Shown here in pieces: positions 1-5,258 of a DNA stretch of 9,819 nt (position 1 is its first letter; each line of letters opens with the position of its first letter). The DNA is taken from the NCBI GenBank assembly GCA_038736825.1, contig JAVYME010000039.1:1-9819 (forward strand). Reading direction: 5' to 3'. This stretch comes from Candidatus Iainarchaeum sp. (GTDB taxonomy: Archaea > Iainarchaeota > Iainarchaeia > Iainarchaeales > DTGL01). A program made the position numbers and the translations under genes. The notes under the pieces were generated by a model, which saw nothing but the letters and a program-made list of their open reading frames with translations, was not told the origin of the DNA and did no database searches.

Positions 1-56
1 AAAAGTTGAACAAAATCAAACCTGAAAAAAAGAAAAAAAATTCCAAAAAGTAATGC

Positions 57-68
57 TTTTTTTTTTTT
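57..68 (+). terminator. T12 oligo-T tract, candidate terminator for a + strand gene entering from the left edge
   Basis: Seen: uninterrupted T12 at 57-68. Frame 3 is open from the window edge to TAA at 51-53 (..KLNKIKPEKKKKNSKK*), so a Lys-rich C-terminus may end just upstream, but it is too short to verify. Oligo-T as an archaeal termination signal is established knowledge; the assignment here is inference. Confidence 0.3.
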
Positions 69-75
69 ATTTTGC

Positions 76-112
76 AAAAAACAATTTTATGCTGTTGCTT
101 TAAATAAAGCAA
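76..112 (-). terminator. small hairpin plus T6 downstream of the 116..760 gene
   Basis: Seen: TTGCTTT-AAAT-AAAGCAA (95-112) lies 3 nt after the stop codon (116-118). On the - strand it is followed by T6 (complement of A6 at 76-81). The stem is AT-rich and weak, so function is inferred. Confidence 0.3.
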
Positions 113-115
113 TAA

Positions 116-760
116 TTAAATTCCAATCTTTTCAATTGCCTTTTTCACTACTTCGTCGGAAAAGCCCTCTTCTTTTAGGGCTTGTGCGAGTTCTTCCCTT
201 GAACAGCCTGCCTTGTAGTCCTTAAGAGATTCTGCAAGCTGTTGAGCTATTTTTTCTGAATCTGCAGCAGGGCTTTCTTTGGCAGGGCTGGTTTCCTTTT
301 CTTTTCTTTCCAGTACAATTTCTTCCCTTTTAATTTGATTGTTTTTGTCCAAGGGTTGCTCGACTGCCTTGGTTTTCTCTATTTCGCTTGAAAGCCTTTT
401 CGCCAATCCCACCAAGAAAAAAACAGCGAAAACCATTAAACCGTAAAATGCTGCCGGCAAAACAATGCCAGCAATTGCCACAATGGCTTTCACCAAATCG
501 GTTTTTTGAAAGTCTATCAGTGTTATTTGTGGCAGGTTAAAGAGTGCTAAAAGAAACAACAAGGCAAACGCTCCACCAGCAATCCTTAAAGCATGGATTG
601 AAAAATGGAGTTTGCTTTCCCTTTCAGGTGATCCATAAAAGTCCAAGAAAAGCTTTGCGCTGGAAATGCAGGCAATTGCAAAGAACACTGAGCGCGCAAT
701 TATTGAATTGGATTGAGTGCTTCCCTGGCTGCCGTAAAGAACCAGTGAGAGAACCCCCAA
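116..760 (-). CDS. hypothetical polytopic membrane protein with a charged linker and a short C-terminal helical (UBA-like) tail
   Basis: 214-codon ORF. The N-terminal ~125 aa hold about four hydrophobic segments (SVFFAIACISS.., IAGGAFALLFLLALF, IVAIAGIVLPAAFYGLMVFAVFFLVGLA). A Glu/Lys-rich linker follows (KRLSSEIEKTKAVEQ..KREEIVLERKEKETSPAKE). The tail is IAQQLAESLKDYKAGCSREELAQALKEEGFSDEVVKKAIEKI. I recognise no family. The annotated start is TTG (760-758); the first in-frame ATG is residue 109, inside a TM segment, so the true start (TTG 760 or GTG at codon 24) is uncertain. Confidence 0.6.
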   Translation of the reverse strand: MGVLSLVLYGSQGSTQSNSIIARSVFFAIACISSAKLFLDFYGSPERESKLHFSIHALRIAGGAFALLFLLALFNLPQITLIDFQKTDLVKAIVAIAGIVLPAAFYGLMVFAVFFLVGLAKRLSSEIEKTKAVEQPLDKNNQIKREEIVLERKEKETSPAKESPAADSEKIAQQLAESLKDYKAGCSREELAQALKEEGFSDEVVKKAIEKIGI

Positions 761-791
761 AAAAACAGAGCAATCAGATTATGCAATAATT

Positions 792-896
792 ATGCTTTTG
801 GCAGTATTGCTGGTGTTTGCTATAGCTGGCTGCTTTTTATACGTTGCACGCAAAAGAAAGATTAAAACAAGCTTCAAAAAAACCAAAAAGCGGTAA
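792..896 (+). CDS. candidate 34-aa single-pass membrane micropeptide (not in ORF track)
   Basis: ATG 792 to TAA 894-896 translates as MLLAVLLVFAIAGCFLYVARKRKIKTSFKKTKKR: one 19-residue hydrophobic helix followed by a polybasic tail. A hairpin and T9 run lie downstream (936-977). There is no SD and no clear TATA, and it starts only 31 nt from the divergent TTG at 760. Lys-rich tails arise easily by chance in AT-rich DNA. Confidence 0.3.
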   Translation: MLLAVLLVFAIAGCFLYVARKRKIKTSFKKTKKR

Positions 897-935
897 AAAC
901 CGGTGAATAGTGATCTAAGGCATTCAAGCTCTCTA

Positions 936-977
936 AAAACCAACCCTGTGGTTTTAAAAAAATTCTAATTTTTTTTT
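936..977. terminator. hairpin flanked by A7/T9, candidate bidirectional terminator between convergent 792..896 (+) and 1013..1168 (-)
   Basis: Seen: AAAACCA (936-942), loop ACCCTG, TGGTTTT (949-955), then A7 (956-962) and T9 (969-977). On the + strand the hairpin is followed by T9. On the - strand T7 precedes the hairpin and T5 follows it. Confidence 0.4.
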
Positions 978-1012
978 GTAACACTTAACGCAATCGGGTT
1001 TTTCTGCTTTCC

Positions 1013-1168
1013 TCAATCGTTTTTTTGCAGATAGGCTTCTTTGCATTTTTCACTGCAAAACCTGCGCCCGTAAAGCCCTTGAGGTTCAACTATTTCCCTT
1101 TTGCAGTACATGCAATACACTGGTTTTGGCTTTGCCGGCTTAGCTTTTTTCAATCCTTCCAATTGCAT
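1013..1168 (-). CDS. 51-aa FCS/TRASH-type (CxxC-x15-CxxxC) zinc-finger protein, not in ORF track
   Basis: ATG (1168-1166) to TGA (1015-1013) translates as MQLEGLKKAKPAKPKPVYCMYCKREIVEPQGLYGRRFCSEKCKEAYLQKND. It has four Cys in a CxxC...FCSxxC arrangement, the pattern known from TRASH / zf-FCS domains, L24e and YacG. The ATG is the first start after an in-frame TGA (1201-1199). A purine-rich AAGGGGAAGTGA lies 5-16 nt upstream and a TTTATAAATA box about 50 nt upstream. Confidence 0.6.
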   Translation of the reverse strand: MQLEGLKKAKPAKPKPVYCMYCKREIVEPQGLYGRRFCSEKCKEAYLQKND

Positions 1169-1212
1169 GCTTTCACTTCCCCTTGCTTTGACTTTAATTC
1201 AAAAAAAGGCAT

Positions 1213-1222
1213 TATTTATAAA
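1213..1222 (-). promoter_or_regulatory. TATA box candidate for the zinc-finger gene
   Basis: The - strand reads TTTATAAATA at 1222..1213, 45-54 nt upstream of ATG 1168. This is compatible with a transcription start near 1190 and a ~20-nt leader carrying the SD-like purine tract. Position-based inference only. Confidence 0.4.
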
Positions 1223-1254
1223 AAAAACCAGCAAAAGGCGTAAAAAGGATTACG

Positions 1255-1267
1255 AAAAAACAAAAAA
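1255..1267 (-). terminator. T6-G-T6 oligo-T terminator candidate downstream of the 1347..1727 gene
   Basis: The - strand reads TTTTTTGTTTTTT (complement of A6 1262-1267, C1261, A6 1255-1260), about 80 nt after the stop. An imperfect palindrome TTGGTGTTTT/AAAAAACCAA sits at 1311-1330 and contains a T6 on the - strand. Confidence 0.4.
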
Positions 1268-1346
1268 GAATTTTTTCCTTCTATTGCGAGTTTTTGCTTT
1301 GTTAAAGTGATTGGTGTTTTAAAAAACCAACAAAGAGCGAAATGGG

Positions 1347-1727
1347 TTAAACTGGTTGTTTTTTCTTTTTCCTGTTTTTCGAGTAAAAATGGATTGTTGA
1401 AATTGTTGAAATGAGAAAGAAAAGTAGGGATAAAGGAATTTCAATGTTTAGGCAGGAAAATTCAACCAAGCCAAATGAGTCGAGAACTACAACCAAAAAT
1501 AAAAAGTTTAAGAGAACTGAGAAACTGGTTCCAAAAAATATTATTTCTTCAGTGTATTTGTTGTCAAGAATGACTCCTAACAGAACAGAGGAGATTAAGA
1601 GAATGGACGCTGTGAACAGAATTACATTCAAGCCACAAATAGCAAAGAAAAGAACTAGCAAGCAGAACAAGATAATTGCTGAGAGGGAGCCAATTGAGGA
1701 AACACGAAGTGTTTTTTCTAAATCCAT
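1347..1727 (-). CDS. hypothetical 126-aa polytopic membrane protein
   Basis: ATG start (1727-1725) with GAGGT (1736..1732) 4 nt upstream, matching the archaeal SD core. It has three to four long hydrophobic segments and a polybasic C-terminus (SKNRKKKKQPV). I recognise no family. Confidence 0.65.
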   Translation of the reverse strand: MDLEKTLRVSSIGSLSAIILFCLLVLFFAICGLNVILFTASILLISSVLLGVILDNKYTEEIIFFGTSFSVLLNFLFLVVVLDSFGLVEFSCLNIEIPLSLLFFLISTISTIHFYSKNRKKKKQPV

Positions 1728-1782
1728 TACAACCTCTCTCTTATTATTTATTGTTTTTTTTACTGTATGATAGCATGGTTTT

Positions 1783-1855
1783 TGCCCCGGCCGGGACTCG
1801 AACCCGGGTTACAGGCTTGAAAGGCCCGTGTGCTTGACCTCTACACTACCGGGGC
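1783..1855 (-). tRNA. tRNA-Glu (anticodon UUC), 73 nt, no encoded CCA, no intron
   Basis: The reverse complement folds by hand into a cloverleaf: GCCCCGG TA GTGT AGAGGTCAA GCAC A CGGGC CTTTCAA GCCTG TAAC CCGGG TTCGAGT CCCGG CCGGGGC A. All stems pair, with one G-U in the anticodon stem and one in the D stem. The anticodon TTC is the complement of 1819-1821. This is the only strongly GC-rich block in an AT-rich neighbourhood. Confidence 0.93.
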
Positions 1856-1880
1856 ACATAAAGAGTATTTATTCATTCCC

Positions 1881-1888
1881 TTATAAAA
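1881..1888 (-). promoter_or_regulatory. TATA box (TTTTATAA) with purine-rich BRE-like AAAAAGGA, promoter of tRNA-Glu
   Basis: The - strand reads AAAAAGGA-TTTTATAA-GGG. The last base of the box is 25 nt upstream of tRNA position 1 (1855), the spacing expected for an archaeal promoter with a very short 5' leader. Confidence 0.5.
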
Positions 1889-1949
1889 TCCTTTTTAAAC
1901 CTTCCCATTTACTTTTCAATATATTCTTTTTTTTGTTTTTGGTGGGATT

Positions 1950-2111
1950 ATGGCTTTGACTCCTGAAACAATTCAAAGGCGTTTCAGCAATGTCTGGATT
2001 TGCATGAAGTGTAATGCAAAAAACAAGGGCAGTGCTGGAAAAAAGCCGCCTACCTGTCGAAAGTGTGGTTCTAAAAGGCTTAGGTTGAAGCGCAAGCCGA
2101 AAAAGGTTTGA
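1950..2111 (+). CDS. rpl40e: 50S ribosomal protein L40e (53 aa), not in ORF track
   Basis: Translation: MALTPETIQRRFSNVWICMKCNAKNKGSAGKKPPTCRKCGSKRLRLKRKPKKV. The CxxC-x14-CxxC zinc ribbon and the layout (R-F...ICM-K/R-CNA-x-N...C-R-KCG...LR-x-K) match archaeal L40e. GGTG (1941-1944) lies 5 nt upstream of the ATG. Confidence 0.9.
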   Translation: MALTPETIQRRFSNVWICMKCNAKNKGSAGKKPPTCRKCGSKRLRLKRKPKKV

Positions 2112-2119
2112 ATAACTTG

Positions 2120-2157
2120 AAGGCTTTTTTTTGGCTTGAAAGGTTTAAAAAAGCCTT
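2120..2157 (+). terminator. 11-bp inverted repeat containing a T8 run downstream of rpl40e
   Basis: Seen: AAGGCTTTTTT (2120-2130) is the perfect reverse complement of AAAAAAGCCTT (2147-2157), with a 16-nt spacer. The left arm runs into T8 (2125-2132), 14 nt after the rpl40e stop. The right arm overlaps a TTTAAAAAA TATA-like element (2144-2152) 30-38 nt upstream of the next ATG. Confidence 0.4.
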
Positions 2158-2181
2158 TTCAGTTTAAATCTTTCGATTTCA

Positions 2182-2991
2182 ATGACTTTAATTGATTTTT
2201 TGAAGATTTTAAGGCCTTTGGATGGCTTGATGGCTGGATTTGCGGTTTTGACCGGCTATTTTGTTGCTTTTGGCGGGATTGCATTTAGTGAACCGCTCTT
2301 GTATGCTGTGGTTTCGGTTTTTCTTTTTTCTGGGGCAGGCATTGCTTTAAACGATTATTGCGATTTTGAAATGGATAAAGTGAATGCTCCGCACAGGCCT
2401 TTGCCTTCTGGCAGAATTAAAAGAAAAACTGCTTTGTATTTTTCAGTGTTTTTGTTTGCGGTTGCCATTGCAATGGCTTCTTTGATTAATGTTCAATGCT
2501 TTTTGTTGGCGCTCTTGAACACTTTTCTTGAAGTGTTTTATGCTTTCAAGTTCAAGCGCATGCCTTTGATTGGGAATTTTGTTGATTCTTGGTTTCCGGC
2601 TTCAAGCTTTTTGTATGGTGCTTTGGTGATTCCGGCTCTGGGTTCAGTGCCGTTTCTTGCATTGCTTGCATTTCTTGCAAACACTGGAAGGGAAATTTAT
2701 GGCGACATTGAGGACTTGGAGGGCGACAAAAAGGAAAATGCTAAAACGCTTCCAATTCTTTTTGGGGTTAAAACTGCAAAAAGCATGGCAAACCTTTACA
2801 TTGTTGTCGCAGTATTGCTTAGCCCGTTGCCGTTTTTTTTGGGTTTTCTTTCAATCAATTACCTGTTGGTGGTTGCAATTGCGGACATTGTTTTTATTGC
2901 CTCGCTTTTTGTCAATCCTTCAAAAAACCAGTCGCTTACAAAGACTGCAATGATTTTGGCAATGCTTGCTTTTTTGATTGGAGTGTTTTGA
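2182..2991 (+). CDS. UbiA-family prenyltransferase, most likely digeranylgeranylglyceryl phosphate (DGGGP) synthase
   Basis: 269 aa, about 8 TM segments. First Asp-rich motif NDYCDFEMDKVNAPHRPLPSGRI (NDxxDxxxD ... RPLxSG); second motif YGDIEDLEGDKKENAKTLPILFG (DxxDxxxD). The UbiA superfamily call is firm. The DGGGPS subfamily call is inferred from size and archaeal context. Confidence 0.8.
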   Translation: MTLIDFLKILRPLDGLMAGFAVLTGYFVAFGGIAFSEPLLYAVVSVFLFSGAGIALNDYCDFEMDKVNAPHRPLPSGRIKRKTALYFSVFLFAVAIAMASLINVQCFLLALLNTFLEVFYAFKFKRMPLIGNFVDSWFPASSFLYGALVIPALGSVPFLALLAFLANTGREIYGDIEDLEGDKKENAKTLPILFGVKTAKSMANLYIVVAVLLSPLPFFLGFLSINYLLVVAIADIVFIASLFVNPSKNQSLTKTAMILAMLAFLIGVF

Positions 2992-3642
2992 TTGTTGGAT
3001 GTTTTTGCACTGCAAAGGGAGAACCTTGTAAGGGAAATGAAGCAAAGCGGTGCAATTGAAAGCATTGAAGTGGAAAGCGCTTTTTTGAAAGTGCCAAGAG
3101 AAATGTTTTTTTTAAAAGAAAGCCAGCGTTTTTCCTATGTTGATTCTGCTTTTCCGATTGGTTTCGGGCAAACCATTTCACAGCCAAGCACTATTGCAAT
3201 AATGCTTGAATTGTTGAAAGTGAAAAAGGGATTAAAGGTTTTGGAGGTTGGCTCTGGCTGCGGTTATGTGTTGGCGCTCCTTTCACAATTGGTTGGAGAA
3301 AAAGGAAAGGTTTTCGGCATAGAGCTTGTCCCTGAACTTGGTTTTCGCTCTATTGAAAACCTTGAAAAAGCCGGAGTGAAAAACGCTTTTGTAGAGGTTG
3401 GGGATGGCACAAAGGGACTGCCAGGGAAAGCGCCTTTTGACAGAATTCTTGTTTCAGCTGCAACAGAAACAGTGCCTGAACCTCTCATAGAACAGCTTGC
3501 ACTGAAAGGAAGGCTTGTTGCCCCAATAGGGCCAAAGCACTCACAGCAAATGGTTGTAGTGGAAAAGGACGCTAAAGGCAAGGTTAAGGAATGGATTGCC
3601 CCAAAAGGGTTTTTTGTGTTTGTGGAATTGAAAAAGTTTTAA
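2992..3642 (+). CDS. pcm: protein-L-isoaspartate O-methyltransferase
   Basis: Motifs VPREMFF, GQTISQPSTIAIMLELL, SAM-binding VLEVGSGCGYVLALL, DRILVSAA. The TTG start at 2992 directly abuts the upstream stop (2989-2991), with GGAGTG (2980-2985) 6 nt upstream. The first ATG (3037) would remove the conserved N-terminal helix. Confidence 0.9.
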   Translation: MLDVFALQRENLVREMKQSGAIESIEVESAFLKVPREMFFLKESQRFSYVDSAFPIGFGQTISQPSTIAIMLELLKVKKGLKVLEVGSGCGYVLALLSQLVGEKGKVFGIELVPELGFRSIENLEKAGVKNAFVEVGDGTKGLPGKAPFDRILVSAATETVPEPLIEQLALKGRLVAPIGPKHSQQMVVVEKDAKGKVKEWIAPKGFFVFVELKKF

Positions 3643-5258
3643 ATAGCTTCTAGTCTTTTTTTCACGCGTTCCTTGCCTAGCGCGAAAATTAGGGTGCCAA
3701 GTTTGGGTCCGAAGTCTTTTCCTAAAAGGGCAAGGTATGCTGCTTTGAATAGTTCTGGTGGCTTGATTCCTGCTTCTTTTGCTGCATTATAGAATGCTGT
3801 TTGGAGTTCTTCTGCGTTTTTTGCTTTTTCTATTTGGGTTGAGGCTTTTTTGAGTGCTTTAATTGTTTCTGGAGGAATTTTGTCAGTGGCTGGGTTTTCT
3901 GCGAATTTTATTTTGAAGCGTTCTGGTGCAAAGTTTTCAACCCAAAACTTTGCTCTTTTAAGTGTTGCCTTTGCTTCTATTGCCTCTTTTTCGTTTAGTT
4001 TTCTGTTTATGTGCCCGCTGTCCAAGAGAATGTCGTGAATTTTTTGGAATTCTTTTTCTGGGTCATAGAGTTGTGCGAGGAAGGCAGCATACTGGTAGGA
4101 TATTCTTTCAGGTTTTGCTTTTGGGGGAGCGCCGATAAGCGAGTAAGCAAAGTTTTTTTTGGTTTTTTCGGTTAGTTTTTCAGAGTGTTCTTTTTCAATT
4201 CCATAATAGACTCTTTCAGCCCTTTCAAAGTTTTCCATGAGCAAAATGAAGGAATTGTCTGAAAAGGAGAAATCTATTTGGGAATTGGGTTTATAGGAAA
4301 AATTCAAGTATCTAAATGATTCTGGGCTTGCAACTTCAAGCCAGGATTTCAGGTTTACAACGTTGCCCACTGAACCTGACATTTTTGCTCCGCCAACTAA
4401 AATGAATTCTGTTGGAGTCTGGTATGGTGGCTGTTTGTGGAATACTTCTCGCATCATTGTTTGCCCTACATCAACAGAACCGCCTTTGGAGAAATGGTCT
4501 TTTCCTGCAGATTCATAGGCTACATCCCTTAAAATCCAGTGAGCCACCCAGTGAACGCGCCAGTGTAATTTTGCGTTTCCATTAAAGGGAGTGTTTTTGC
4601 CCTTAAAACCGCACTTGCATTCATATTCTATTTCTTTTCCGTTCCATGAAAGCGCGCTAGTGTAAAGGCTTTTCTTGCATTGCTCGCAAGTCATTAGTAT
4701 TGGGAGAAAGGACTCTGGCTTGCTTGAACCTGCAACGCGGTTCCACACCTTGACTATTTCTGGTGCTTTTTCGAGTGATTCCTTTATTATGGAATTGAAT
4801 TGCCCGCTTTTATAGGTTTCATAGGCTGAAACAATTTCTGGCTTTATTCCAAAGGCTTCAATTGATTCTTTTAAGCCGTCAACAAAGGCGTTTCTCCAAG
4901 TGTCATAGCCCTTGATTGGGCTTGGAGCAAAATAAATTGGTGTTCCAATTATTTTTTCAGTTTCTTCTTTTGAAACATTCAATCCTGCTGGAATTTTTTT
5001 TATTGCATCAAAATCGTCTAAAACAAAAACCTGCCTTGTTTTGACTCCGCGGTCTTTTAGTGCACGGTAAACCGCGTAAGGAGTGAAGATTTCAGAGCGC
5101 GCGTTCCCAATGTGAAAGTGGCCGCTTGGAGTGTACATGCCTTCGCAAACATATTCTTTTCTTTTTGTTTCAAGCACTCTGTCCGCTGCTTCGTCAGCCC
5201 AGGTTTCTTTTTTTTCAATTTCCTTTTCAATTTCTTTTTTTTGCAATTTTATCCCCAT
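3639..5258 (-). CDS. lysK: class I lysyl-tRNA synthetase (archaeal type)
   Basis: 539 aa. Class I signatures are HIGN (SGHFHIGNARSE) and KMSGS (GGAKMSGSVGN); the N-terminal WADEAADRV is typical of LysRS-I. Confidence 0.95.
   Translation of the reverse strand: MGIKLQKKEIEKEIEKKETWADEAADRVLETKRKEYVCEGMYTPSGHFHIGNARSEIFTPYAVYRALKDRGVKTRQVFVLDDFDAIKKIPAGLNVSKEETEKIIGTPIYFAPSPIKGYDTWRNAFVDGLKESIEAFGIKPEIVSAYETYKSGQFNSIIKESLEKAPEIVKVWNRVAGSSKPESFLPILMTCEQCKKSLYTSALSWNGKEIEYECKCGFKGKNTPFNGNAKLHWRVHWVAHWILRDVAYESAGKDHFSKGGSVDVGQTMMREVFHKQPPYQTPTEFILVGGAKMSGSVGNVVNLKSWLEVASPESFRYLNFSYKPNSQIDFSFSDNSFILLMENFERAERVYYGIEKEHSEKLTEKTKKNFAYSLIGAPPKAKPERISYQYAAFLAQLYDPEKEFQKIHDILLDSGHINRKLNEKEAIEAKATLKRAKFWVENFAPERFKIKFAENPATDKIPPETIKALKKASTQIEKAKNAEELQTAFYNAAKEAGIKPPELFKAAYLALLGKDFGPKLGTLIFALGKERVKKRLEAI

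Noticed and set aside
3-53. Lys-rich open frame at the left edge as a partial CDS
   Set aside because: Only 16 codons are visible and the composition is A-rich low complexity. It is plausible given the T12 tract that follows, but it cannot be supported as a feature.
1411-1770. 119-aa Lys/Arg-rich + strand ORF, and likewise 544..789, 1025..1243 and 1101..1310
   Set aside because: These are shadow ORFs antisense to, or overlapping, better-supported - strand genes. Their low-complexity K/R/F-rich translations are typical of reading AT-rich coding DNA in the wrong frame, and they lack motifs and start signals.
1783-1855. tRNA-Glu as an integration site, which would make the unknown genes at 116-1727 an integrated element
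   Set aside because: I found no direct repeat of the tRNA 3' half (GGGTTCGAGTCCCGGCCGGGGCA) anywhere else in the window, no integrase or recombinase, and no compositional break beyond the generally AT-rich background. It cannot be excluded for an element extending past the left edge.
2657-3581. Track ORFs 2657..2953, 2859..3065, 2936..3187 and 3264..3581 inside or antisense to the prenyltransferase and pcm genes
   Set aside because: They are alternative-frame or antisense shadows of CDSs with strong family motifs and have no independent signals.
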